From the NCBI GenBank assembly GCA_017464685.1, contig JAFTYO010000052.1, forward strand, positions 1,251 through 65,250: DNA of 64,000 nucleotides, written 5' to 3'. The stretch comes from Alphaproteobacteria bacterium (GTDB lineage Bacteria > Pseudomonadota > Alphaproteobacteria > RF32 > CAG-239). A program made the translations under genes and the position numbers. Numbering within the stretch: the first letter of the stretch is position 1; the number at the start of each line of letters is the position of its first letter. Under the pieces are notes generated by a model. It was given only the letters and a program-made list of their open reading frames with translations. It made no database searches and had not been told where the DNA came from. Below, piece after piece: positions 51,487 through 59,719 of the stretch.

Positions 51487-51738
51487 CTATTCGGTAACTA
51501 CAGAAACAAAGACTCTGTCATCTTTTTTCTTAAATTCAACTTTGCCTTCTGCAACCGCAAAAATTGTATGGTCTCTACCCATATCAACATTTGTTCCCGG
51601 ATGATATTTTGTTCCGCGTTGACGGATAATGATGTTTCCGGGGATTACAGCTTCACCGCCGAATTTTTTAACACCTAAACGGCGACCGATAGAATCACGT
51701 CCGTTTGATGAGCTACCGCCTGACTTCTTATGTGCCAT
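51487..51738 (-). CDS. rpmA: 50S ribosomal protein L27
   Basis: Motif [24 protein letters not shown]. Confidence 0.97.
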   Translation of the reverse strand: MAHKKSGGSSSNGRDSIGRRLGVKKFGGEAVIPGNIIIRQRGTKYHPGTNVDMGRDHTIFAVAEGKVEFKKKDDRVFVSVVTE

Positions 51739-51756
51739 CTGTTTTACTCCCTTATC

Positions 51757-52068
51757 TTATTTACCGCAAACATCAGTAATTTTAACTAATGTAATCTGTT
51801 GTCTGTGGCCGTTTTTACGACGATAATTATGTCTTCTCTTTTTCTTAAAGATAATAACTTTAGCATCTTTGGCTTGTTTCAACACAAGAGCTTTAACACT
51901 TGCACCGGCAACCAACGGAGTACCGACAGTTTCACCGCAAGCCAAAACTTCGTTAAAAATTACTTCTTTACCTTCTTCACCGGCGATTTTTTCAATTTTA
52001 ACAACATCACCTGTTGCTACTTTATATTGTTTTCCGCCTGTTTTAATTACTGCGTACATTTTTTTCAC
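51757..52068 (-). CDS. rplU: 50S ribosomal protein L21
   Basis: Motifs MYAVIKTGGKQYKV and KKRRHNYRRKNGHRQ. Confidence 0.95.
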   Translation of the reverse strand: MKKMYAVIKTGGKQYKVATGDVVKIEKIAGEEGKEVIFNEVLACGETVGTPLVAGASVKALVLKQAKDAKVIIFKKKRRHNYRRKNGHRQQITLVKITDVCGK

Positions 52069-52147
52069 CTAAACTTTTTAAAATTTAAACATAAATAGTT
52101 GAGTTGCAATATACATAACTTTTTAAACGTGTCAACAAGAATCTGTT

Positions 52148-52636
52148 TTATTTTGCAAGTTTTTTTGATTCTTTTTGATGTTTTCTCAAAATTCTGTACA
52201 ATTCAGGGCGCATAAACTTACCCTGCCAGATACCCTTTTTGTGAGTTTTGGCCTCATATTCTTCTTTTTTATAGCTGTCATGACGATAAGAAATTGCATA
52301 TCCTGATTTAATCATTTCCAGATTGATATTTGTTTTTCCTATAAAACATTCGCTTAAATCACGCTTATATTTATCAATTCCTTTCTTATGACATTTTACT
52401 TTTTCTTGGTTATTTAATCCTTTCTCTACCAATATTTTCAAAAACAAATAGGATTCCTGCCCGCAATCATATTCGTAACCGTTTTCATCAAAGCAAGTTT
52501 GGTCATATTCGGGAGCGTCAATCCCGATAAGACGAATATCTTTGCCGTTAAATATCAAGCTATCACCATCAATAACTTTTACTTTAGCCTCGACATTAAA
52601 AGTTAAAAACAAGAAAAAAACCAACAAAATTTTCAT
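52148..52636 (-). CDS. Secreted thermonuclease (staphylococcal nuclease/SNase-like)
   Basis: Signal peptide from ATG 52636 (AGGAG RBS). Motifs VIDGDSLIFNGKDIRLIGIDAPE and GIWQG. Confidence 0.75.
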   Translation of the reverse strand: MKILLVFFLFLTFNVEAKVKVIDGDSLIFNGKDIRLIGIDAPEYDQTCFDENGYEYDCGQESYLFLKILVEKGLNNQEKVKCHKKGIDKYKRDLSECFIGKTNINLEMIKSGYAISYRHDSYKKEEYEAKTHKKGIWQGKFMRPELYRILRKHQKESKKLAK

Positions 52637-52774
52637 ATTAATCTCCTTAAGGTTCAAAGTATAAACAGTTGATAAAAAAATTACAAGTATGTTTTTTGTT
52701 TACTTTTCTTTCATATTATTGTTTTATAGTGTAGTATATTTTAACGTGTTCCGTAAAATTTGAGGATATTAACC

Positions 52775-53794
52775 GTGATTAAAAAAATTAGCTTATGTTT
52801 GTTGTTTATAGGTGCCACAATTACGGCATCTTGCACCAATTCCGTTTATTACATAGATAGAGTAAAACGTGCTCAAAACTGGCAACCGCAAATTGATTTG
52901 CCTTCATCTGTTGTTGTATGTCGTCAAAAGCAATGTGCACCGGCAAAACTTTCAATGTCAAAAGAGTATATATACAATTCTCTTTTACATTTATTAGATA
53001 ACAATTCTCAAAATAAAGCTTTATTATGCAGGGCTGATGCTGCCAGTCATGTTTGTACACAAAACTATCTTACAGTTCCGATAACTGTTGGTATAACTCC
53101 GGCCAATATGTACATTGATAATGTCAAAATAACCGATGTTTCTGCCTCTATCGGTAAGCAGTCATTAGATGTTATATTAAATTATAACATAACCTACAAT
53201 GGGCAAACACCAACTTGTAAACCGGCAAAATCTTTAATTTATGTTAAAAATGCCAATAATATAATTATGGAAGATGCCGGATATTCTTGCAAGATGACCA
53301 CAATAGGCAACACAACCATCAAAACATTGTTTGCTATTGATTATATTGATTTAGACTATGGTTATATCGGTGGATACTATTCTATCGGATTGTCAGGTCC
53401 TGCATTTGGGGGCGATTCGGGATATATGTTAATGCGCCTGCCTAATGACGCTTATCCGTTATCACCTGATTTAATTTTTAAGCAAGAAACAACTCCTGAA
53501 CCTAAAGCTGTTCAAATGGTGTTAGACCCTAATGGTGAACCGGTTTATGTTGAAGTAAATCAAACCGCAAGTGGAGCTAGCGCTAGTGTTATTAATGCTA
53601 CCGAGCCAACCTCCAAAAAAAGAGTGGAAGCTAAAAGATTTACAGATGTAGCCACAACAGTAACCACAACCACAACTCCTATAGAAAGTGTTACCCAAAC
53701 AACAATAATGGAAAACACAAAACAAAAAGCAAAAGTCCAAGAACCTTATGAAGGGGTTCAGGTTTTCCCGATACAACAGAAGAAAACTAAATAA
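52775..53794 (+). CDS. Lipoprotein (hypothetical), Thr/Pro-rich C-terminus
   Basis: GTG 52775 (GAGGA 8 nt upstream) gives MIKKISLCLLFIGATITASC with a lipobox. The track starts at TTG 52760. Confidence 0.55.
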   Translation: MIKKISLCLLFIGATITASCTNSVYYIDRVKRAQNWQPQIDLPSSVVVCRQKQCAPAKLSMSKEYIYNSLLHLLDNNSQNKALLCRADAASHVCTQNYLTVPITVGITPANMYIDNVKITDVSASIGKQSLDVILNYNITYNGQTPTCKPAKSLIYVKNANNIIMEDAGYSCKMTTIGNTTIKTLFAIDYIDLDYGYIGGYYSIGLSGPAFGGDSGYMLMRLPNDAYPLSPDLIFKQETTPEPKAVQMVLDPNGEPVYVEVNQTASGASASVINATEPTSKKRVEAKRFTDVATTVTTTTTPIESVTQTTIMENTKQKAKVQEPYEGVQVFPIQQKKTK

Positions 53795-53808
53795 AAGCTC
53801 CTTTATCA

Positions 53809-53842
53809 AATGCCCGTTTATCTCGGATAAACGGGCATTTTT
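53809..53842 (+). terminator. Intrinsic terminator
   Basis: AATGCCCGTTTATC-TCG-GATAAACGGGCATT plus TTTT, a 14-bp stem. Confidence 0.8.
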
Positions 53843-53856
53843 CACATATAAGAACT

Positions 53857-54201
53857 CTATTTTGAACTGTCTTTTTTCCAAAGGAGAGCTTGCTTAACCA
53901 GACTATCACATAACAAATTAAGCTGAGAAAGTTTATTAATTGCAATAACATTAATATCATTACAAACTCTCAGTCTAAGTTTTATTCTTTCCACGATTAT
54001 TATAAAACTTTCTAAATATTGAATACGTTGTGCCGGAAAATAACAAGCTTGATGAAGATACTCAAATAATTTAAAACAGTCATCTTTTAAATCTTTACCA
54101 ATGCTATATTTATGTTCTTTATTAAATCTTGAAACTATTTTAAAAATTTCAATTAGCAAACTATAAGAATCGACATAAATCGGAAGATTTTCAAGTTTCA
54201 T
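53857..54201 (-). CDS. avd: DGR accessory variability determinant (Avd)-like four-helix-bundle protein
   Basis: 114 aa from ATG 54201, 2 nt after the RT stop (the track gives 118 aa from GTG 54213, overlapping the RT). MKLENLPIYVDSYSLLIEIFKIV..FNKEHKYSIGKDLKDD...LRLRVCNDINVIAINKLSQLNLLCDSLVKQALLWKK matches the Avd / 23S-rRNA-IVS protein pattern (LPIY, KYxxG, LRLxxDL, W-K tail) as I remember it. Confidence 0.6.
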   Translation of the reverse strand: MKLENLPIYVDSYSLLIEIFKIVSRFNKEHKYSIGKDLKDDCFKLFEYLHQACYFPAQRIQYLESFIIIVERIKLRLRVCNDINVIAINKLSQLNLLCDSLVKQALLWKKDSSK

Positions 54202-54203
54202 AA

Positions 54204-55538
54204 TCACCAACACATAAAATATTTTAATTTATATAAATTTTGGCGCATAATAATATTTTGACGAATAGATGTAACTAAATTAAACTTAGAGCAACTATCA
54301 TTTACAAGAAAACACTTCTTAAAATAAGTTTCACAAAGAATGCTCCATATTTTACATCTTAATTTTTGCGTCATATAATGTATCATAATTACAAAATAAG
54401 AATTAATACTTGCCATAAACTTTCCGCAAATTTCAGAAAGATATTTTCTGTTCTCGGCAAATAAACTTTTCAAAGCTTCCATATTATTTTTATCCTGATT
54501 GCTTTTTAAAAAGTTTTTAACACACAGATAAAGTTTATGTTTAACTCTACGCCCTATATAAATGCAATTTTGCTTTATAAAGGCTCCTAAAAATCCAACT
54601 CCGTGTTTATAATGCTGTAAATAAACTTTATTAGGATGCAAATCAGCATAAAGAACTTTTTTCAAAAACAAAGCAATTTTTTTATGCACAAATTTTAAAA
54701 AATCTTTATCCTGATGCACTATTATAAAATCATCAACATATCGAGCATAATGGGTAATACCTAAATCTTGAGTTATAAACTTATCTAATTTATCTAAGTA
54801 GAAATTAGCAAAAATTTGCGAAGTCAGATTACCAATCGGTAGCCCTTTATGTTTTGCTGACCAAAACAATGTTTTATGACAAGGCAAACCATTCCAATCC
54901 GATATTTTACCTTTGATTCGACAATTATTTTCAGGATTATTGAAAATAATCTGTTTAATCAACTTTAATATAATCTCTTTATCCGAAGCTTTATATTTTT
55001 CCTCTAAAAACTGATACAACATTTTATAGAGAACATTTTTATCAATATTCATAAAAAAGGAACGAATATCCATTTTTAAGACATAGCAATCTTTAGAATA
55101 ATTATCTGAACATTCCTTAATTTTCTGCGCCACACTTTGCACAGCTTTAAGAGTTCCTTTTCCTTTGCGGCAACTGTAGCTATCGTCAATAAACAGTTCT
55201 TCAAAAAGATGATTGATTTTGTTAATAATAAAATGATGTATCACTCTATCCCGAAAATTTGCAGCAAAAATTTCACGTTGAACAGGTTCTTTTACGACAA
55301 AAGCAACCGAGCGACCTATTTTATAACTACCGTTATTAATTTCGCGCCACATTTTAATCAACTCGCTTTCAAACCTGATTTCAAACTTTATGGCACTGGC
55401 AGTCCTACGCTTATTTTTACGACAATCAAAATAAGCTTCGAACAATTCCTCAAGCGCAATTTGCGGCTTCAGGTTTTCAGCTTGGTCAAAAAGTTCTAAC
55501 TGCTTTGCCTTTCTTTTTCGACGATAAATATTACGCAC
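54204..55538 (-). CDS. DGR-type reverse transcriptase
   Basis: 444 aa with a GTG start and AAGGA RBS. Motifs REIFAANFRDRVIHHF, LPIGNLTSQIFANFYLDKLDKF (the I/LGxxxSQ signature of DGR RTs) and the YxDD box YARYVDDFIIV. The TR lies 45 nt upstream. Confidence 0.9.
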   Translation of the reverse strand: MRNIYRRKRKAKQLELFDQAENLKPQIALEELFEAYFDCRKNKRRTASAIKFEIRFESELIKMWREINNGSYKIGRSVAFVVKEPVQREIFAANFRDRVIHHFIINKINHLFEELFIDDSYSCRKGKGTLKAVQSVAQKIKECSDNYSKDCYVLKMDIRSFFMNIDKNVLYKMLYQFLEEKYKASDKEIILKLIKQIIFNNPENNCRIKGKISDWNGLPCHKTLFWSAKHKGLPIGNLTSQIFANFYLDKLDKFITQDLGITHYARYVDDFIIVHQDKDFLKFVHKKIALFLKKVLYADLHPNKVYLQHYKHGVGFLGAFIKQNCIYIGRRVKHKLYLCVKNFLKSNQDKNNMEALKSLFAENRKYLSEICGKFMASINSYFVIMIHYMTQKLRCKIWSILCETYFKKCFLVNDSCSKFNLVTSIRQNIIMRQNLYKLKYFMCW

Positions 55539-55583
55539 AATTTTTCCTTTTGTTTTCTACAGAAATCCTCGTGTTTTTTATCC

Positions 55584-55696
55584 AAAAAGCCAGGGCAACC
55601 CGAACGTAATAGATGTCGCGATTGTTGTTGTTCCGGTTACCATTATTGATGTTGAGTTTCCAAGAGTTGTTAGAAGAGTACTCGACCGACGACCAA
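55584..55696 (-). repeat. DGR template repeat (TR), 113 nt
   Basis: Non-coding copy rich in AAY triplets. Its conceptual translation is WSSVEYSSNNSWKLNINNGNRNNNNRDIYYVRVALAF. It matches the VR at 96 of 113 positions. Confidence 0.9.
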
Positions 55697-56098
55697 CTCA
55701 AAGATAAAAAGTTGCAACTAGGGAAAATACGACAGAAAATAAATATCTCAACTTTCTGCTGTGTGCAACCCTTTTTAAATAAAATACAGGCCCTCTCCAA
55801 ACGGTTTTCATTATAAGCATATTTTTATTTTTCTTATTTATATTTATAACTACTGGGCGTTTGAACTCTCGCCGCCAGATTTCTGCTTCACTATTTATAT
55901 AACGTTACTCATTAAACACTTTTATTTTATCTGTCACACAATTACTTGCAACTTCTTTAATAAACCTGTTTAATTTTATTAAATTTTCTCAACTTAAATC
56001 CTGTTTCAAAAATTTTTTATAGCCTTACGGCTATACACTTTTTATTTTATTTTTTCTTTTCTTACTTCTCCTTCTTGTTCCTGTTGTTTCTCTTGTTC

Positions 56099-56135
56099 GC
56101 CGCCCCGTTTTCTATACGGGGCGGCATGGTGCCGC
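56099..56135 (-). other. GC-rich hairpin element 28-64 nt downstream of the VR / target stop
   Basis: GCCGCCCCG (56099-56107) pairs with CGGGGCGGC (56117-56125), giving a 9-bp all-G/C stem with a 9-nt loop. An overlapping alternative is GCGGCA-TGG-TGCCGC (56121-56135). No U-run follows on the minus strand. Confidence 0.6.
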
Positions 56136-56160
56136 TCCGGATTAGCCGTCGCTAGGGCTA

Positions 56161-57306
56161 TTAAAAAGCCAGGGCAACCCGAACGTAATAGACGTCGCGA
56201 AAGCTGGTGTACCGGAGACCATAACCGATGCCGAGGTACCAAGAGTAGTAAGAAGAGTACTCGACCGACGACCAATAATAATTATTCGTTAAGACTTTTG
56301 CATCAACTCCTTTATTGGCAAGCGCTGTTAATGTGTTATTTACTATCGTCTTTGTAGTCCCTGTCGCTCCACTTGTACCACTTCCTGACGTCATTTTACT
56401 TACATCTGTTCCGTATAACAACGCCAGTTCTCCAATGGCTGGTAAATACCAGTTACCTGCACCGGCTATCGCATCTGAACTGCTCACTTCCGGTGGATAA
56501 AAACTTATTGCTGCTTTGGCTGCTGTCGGCGCACAATATCTATTATAACTTGATGTGCCAACTGCATAACTTCCGTTTGTGCAATTACTATATGCCGGTG
56601 TCGCTGTCGCAAATTTAGCCGTGTTTTCTTTTCCGCTATATAACTCTATATCGTCATTTTGGAACCCTGTTAGCATTAATGCTGAGCTGCTATAATTTGT
56701 TAATCCGCTTACATCTGTCCTATATAAACCGAACATTAAATATGCATAACTATTATCATACGGATTTTCAGGGTCAAATGCATAAGTTGTGCTATCAGAT
56801 GTTAAATTTCTTAAATTTATTACTCTTCCATGCTCTGCCCTAAAGCCTTCTGCCTCGGCCTCAGCTGTGGTATAAGGCATTCCACCTTTTTCTGCCGATA
56901 GGGCAAACACTACTCCAATTGCTGTTTTTGAACTGTCATATTCATCAACACTGCCACAACTTCCGTCAGAATAAAAAACATCGCCAAGTGCGCATTTTGT
57001 CTCTTTAGGACCGGCACAAATTGTTAATGTTTTATCTTCCGGACATTGAACTATCTTTCCACACCACTCGGACTTATCATCGGTCGTAAAACCATATTCT
57101 AAACAATTTTTTTCTTTTGCTACACATTTTTTATATGTTAAATCAAACGGACAATACATATATCCGTCTTTTGGACAACCCTCAACATCTTCTGTGGAAT
57201 AGCCTAACATAAAACAATCTGGAACTGTATTGCAATCTAATGCTAATATTTCACTATGGGCAATTGTTAAAACTGTTATTATACTTCCTGCCACTTTCAC
57301 TCTCAT
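56161..57306 (-). CDS. DGR target protein: secreted, Cys-rich N-terminal region plus DUF1566/C-type-lectin-fold C-terminal domain
   Basis: I prefer ATG 57306 (GGGGAA 5 nt upstream), which gives MRVKVAGSIITVLTIAHSEILA (signal-like). The track start GTG 57351 lies inside a 34-bp palindrome. NWYLPAIGELALLYG and YYWSS are DUF1566 (Lcl C-terminal) hallmarks. There are 14 Cys in the first ~130 residues. Confidence 0.8.
   Translation of the reverse strand: MRVKVAGSIITVLTIAHSEILALDCNTVPDCFMLGYSTEDVEGCPKDGYMYCPFDLTYKKCVAKEKNCLEYGFTTDDKSEWCGKIVQCPEDKTLTICAGPKETKCALGDVFYSDGSCGSVDEYDSSKTAIGVVFALSAEKGGMPYTTAEAEAEGFRAEHGRVINLRNLTSDSTTYAFDPENPYDNSYAYLMFGLYRTDVSGLTNYSSSALMLTGFQNDDIELYSGKENTAKFATATPAYSNCTNGSYAVGTSSYNRYCAPTAAKAAISFYPPEVSSSDAIAGAGNWYLPAIGELALLYGTDVSKMTSGSGTSGATGTTKTIVNNTLTALANKGVDAKVLTNNYYWSSVEYSSYYSWYLGIGYGLRYTSFRDVYYVRVALAF
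56163..56275 (-). repeat. DGR variable repeat (VR), the last ~37 codons of the target gene
   Basis: Encodes WSSVEYSSYYSWYLGIGYGLRYTSFRDVYYVRVALAF*. It has 17 differences from the TR, all at TR adenines. Confidence 0.9.
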
Positions 57307-57347
57307 ATTTGTTCCCCATATTAGTTCTACATGTTTATTAAACCTTA

Positions 57348-57381
57348 ACACGGACTTTAAACGATCGTTTAAAGTCCGTGT
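57348..57381. repeat. Palindromic element copy 1 (34-bp perfect palindrome)
   Basis: ACACGGACTTTAAACGATCGTTTAAAGTCCGTGT, centred on CGATCG, 42 nt upstream of the DGR target ATG. Confidence 0.9.
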
Positions 57382-57438
57382 GGTATAAAATATTTAACAT
57401 ATTGACTTATGGTAAAATTAGTTTATCATAATGGCAGG

Positions 57439-57460
57439 ACTTTAAACGATCGTTTAAAGT
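57439..57460. repeat. Palindromic element copy 2 (22-bp perfect core)
   Basis: ggACTTTAAACGATCGTTTAAAGTtt. It lies 85 bp centre-to-centre from copy 1 and immediately downstream of a plus-strand TTGACT(57402-57407)-16-TATCAT(57424-57429) promoter-like pair. Confidence 0.85.
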
Positions 57461-57641
57461 TTCGCAGCAAAAGAAAAAAGCCGAGAAAGTTTTGTGCAAA
57501 ATAAATTTCACCCGTTTAAAGGTTTTTAGCGGGTATTTTTTTACTTGCTAAATTGTAAAAAATTTGATAAATATGCCTTTGTCTATAAATTATTATGTCA
57601 ATCAGTTATTAGATATTATAAAAAAATTAAACAATTAAATT

Positions 57642-58304
57642 ATGAAACTTAAACAATTATGGGACGAGTTTATGTACGATAGGACTAAACTCGTAGCGGG
57701 ATTTGATTTATCCTGCTTTGTTGCCGCGGTTGCCGCGGTTGTCTTGATGTTCTTCTTACCGGCATCTACATTCTTTCAGTGGTTTCTGGTCGGTTTGTTT
57801 GCAGGTGTAAATGTTATCATAATCTTCCTGATTATGTTTTTTTATCCTGACACATCTGCCGAGGATACCTATCTGGCTCGAAAAGTTTGGGGTTGGTGTA
57901 TGTTAGCATCTGTAATTATATGGATGTTTCCGATTCCGGTTAATTGGGCTCTTATACCGCTTACCGTCGGTATTTTGATAGAAACATCGGTGGAAGAAGG
58001 CGAACTTAAAATCGGTCAGACCTGTTTGGTTTTTATGTTTTTTGCGATATGTTTTATTTATACGCAATACAACATCGACAAGAAATTACATCTTCAATCA
58101 AATCCGGTACCGGAAGTGGTGGTTTTAAGCAATTATGACCGTGGGCAATCGGTATTTTTCATTAAAGGGCAAGATAACTGCTTGAAGTTGGACGGTTATA
58201 AAGCCTTAAAACAAGCAGGTGAACTTGACCTTGAAAAAGGGGATACAGTCAAAATTGTAAGACATCCTAACGTGCATAAACATGTGATAAAAATCACAAG
58301 ATAA
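57642..58304 (+). CDS. Integral membrane protein (hypothetical, 220 aa)
   Basis: About 4-5 hydrophobic segments followed by a soluble C-terminal domain of about 70 aa. No family recognised. Confidence 0.55.
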   Translation: MKLKQLWDEFMYDRTKLVAGFDLSCFVAAVAAVVLMFFLPASTFFQWFLVGLFAGVNVIIIFLIMFFYPDTSAEDTYLARKVWGWCMLASVIIWMFPIPVNWALIPLTVGILIETSVEEGELKIGQTCLVFMFFAICFIYTQYNIDKKLHLQSNPVPEVVVLSNYDRGQSVFFIKGQDNCLKLDGYKALKQAGELDLEKGDTVKIVRHPNVHKHVIKITR

Positions 58305-58354
58305 CAAAAATTTACTTGCTTTTAGTTAAATTTAGTTATACTAAAAGAAATGAC

Positions 58355-58431
58355 GTCGGCGTAGCTCATCAGGATAGAGCAACAGTTTCCTAAACTGTGG
58401 GTAGTGGGTTCGAGTCCCGCCGCTGACGCCA
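58355..58431 (+). tRNA. tRNA-Arg (anticodon CCT), CCA encoded
   Basis: Hand fold. Acceptor GTCGGCG/CGCTGAC (one G-T pair), D arm GCTC..GAGC, anticodon stem ACAGT/ACTGT with loop TT-CCT-AA, T arm GTGGG-TTCGAGT-CCCGC. Confidence 0.85.
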
Positions 58432-58435
58432 TACA

Positions 58436-58463
58436 AATACCGCCTTTTTGTAAAGGCGGTATT
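58436..58463 (+). terminator. Intrinsic terminator after tRNA-Arg
   Basis: AATACCGCCTTT-TTGT-AAAGGCGGTATT, followed by a T-rich tract. Confidence 0.75.
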
Positions 58464-58636
58464 TATATTTTGCCAGCGCCGACACTCTCTCCTAAAGGTT
58501 CGGTCTTGCTCCGTAAATCTCGCTTTAATTCAAAGCTCGATAACTTCGCTTCGGTCACTCGGTTTGTAACATTTGTCTCACTTTATCATGAGGCTTTAGC
58601 AATTTGTTGAATTTTATCATCTGTACATAAAATGTT

Positions 58637-59719
58637 TCAAAACAAAGTGTTATCTTCGGGGGGGGGGAGCACTTGTTTAATATTTTCAATTACATCATTT
58701 AAATCGTGTCTATCTTTTTTGAATATTTTTTTATAAAAAAACATTCTGAGCATTCTTGATGGCTTTACAAACATTAAAATTCTTCTTAATTGCAAAGATG
58801 ATGATTTTGATAAACTAAACATTTTCAATTCAGGATATTTTTCTTCAGGAATTAAAGATTCTTGCCTATCACAACCCGTAAATTCAGAACACCTTTTAAT
58901 TAGCTCATTTCTTAGTTTTAAATATTTATCAGGATTAGAAGGAGGATTTTCAAAATCGTAAATTTCTTTATTATTAAGAAAATCATCAATTTTTGCAGAG
59001 TGAACAAAAGTTTCATAACCCGAAAACCTACCTTCAATATTTCTTTCATACTTACCGCTGATAATACGCAAAACCGGAGTTTCAAGCGCTAAACAAGGCA
59101 GTAAAACATGTAAACGGGAAGATATAACACAATGCGCATTTTGATACGCTTGTAAATATAATTTTGCAATTTCCAAACGTTGTTCAAAAGTATAATATTC
59201 TGATAAATCAACCGGAATTTCATATACCTCACGATTTGTACGTTTCTTAATTTCCTCAACAACTTCGTCAGGCATATCAACACATAAAATATAATCTTTT
59301 TTCGGCATATTGTTTTTTTGTAAGGTTAGAGTTAAACACCCTGAAAAATAAGCAGGGATGTTTTGAGAATTAAAAAAACTTGCAGTATCGGTATCTCTGC
59401 AACCGATGGGACCATATTCTATAAGATATCTTTTAGCCTTTGGGGTTAAAAAATTCTTCTTACCGTTTCTTATTTCTTTACGAAAATACATTGATATCAG
59501 CAAAGGATTTATATAAGAAGATGGTAAAAACCTCTCCGGATGCCACATCCACCAAGCGTTCATTATAAGTTTAACAGTTTTTTTATCTTTTGAAACAAAC
59601 TTATTTATATGTTCCCTATGTACCCATTCGTCTATTTGCGGTAAAAAGCGCATTGCAGCAATTTCTTGTATTTCTTCTCCAATATTTAGAGGTGTGGTTT
59701 TTAAGCATCCAAATGTCAT
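58637..59719 (-). CDS. Polysaccharide pyruvyl transferase family protein
   Basis: 360 aa. GPIGCRDTDTASFF and ISSRLHVLLPCLALETPVL are typical of PF04230-type enzymes as I remember them. Confidence 0.65.
   Translation of the reverse strand: MTFGCLKTTPLNIGEEIQEIAAMRFLPQIDEWVHREHINKFVSKDKKTVKLIMNAWWMWHPERFLPSSYINPLLISMYFRKEIRNGKKNFLTPKAKRYLIEYGPIGCRDTDTASFFNSQNIPAYFSGCLTLTLQKNNMPKKDYILCVDMPDEVVEEIKKRTNREVYEIPVDLSEYYTFEQRLEIAKLYLQAYQNAHCVISSRLHVLLPCLALETPVLRIISGKYERNIEGRFSGYETFVHSAKIDDFLNNKEIYDFENPPSNPDKYLKLRNELIKRCSEFTGCDRQESLIPEEKYPELKMFSLSKSSSLQLRRILMFVKPSRMLRMFFYKKIFKKDRHDLNDVIENIKQVLPPPEDNTLF
58658..58667. repeat. G10 homopolymer (C10 on the coding strand) inside the pyruvyl-transferase CDS
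   Basis: Encodes ...L-P-P-P-E..., beginning 10 codons before the stop. Confidence 0.95.

Larger units (their letters stand above)
53857..57351 (-). mobile_element. Diversity-generating retroelement (DGR) cassette: target(VR) - TR - RT - Avd
   Basis: See the component features below. The VR/TR pair diverges only at template adenines, the RT has DGR-type motifs, and an Avd-like four-helix protein is present. Confidence 0.9.

Noticed and set aside
55531-55800. Track ORF (89 aa, minus strand) spanning the TR, and track ORF 56042-56275 overlapping the VR and hairpin
   Set aside because: The first is simply the TR read in the VR frame (Asn-rich WSSVEYSSNNSWKLNINNGNRNNNN...). It has no RBS and runs into the RT start. 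The second is an out-of-frame read across the GC-rich hairpin. Both are by-products of the DGR repeats, not genes.
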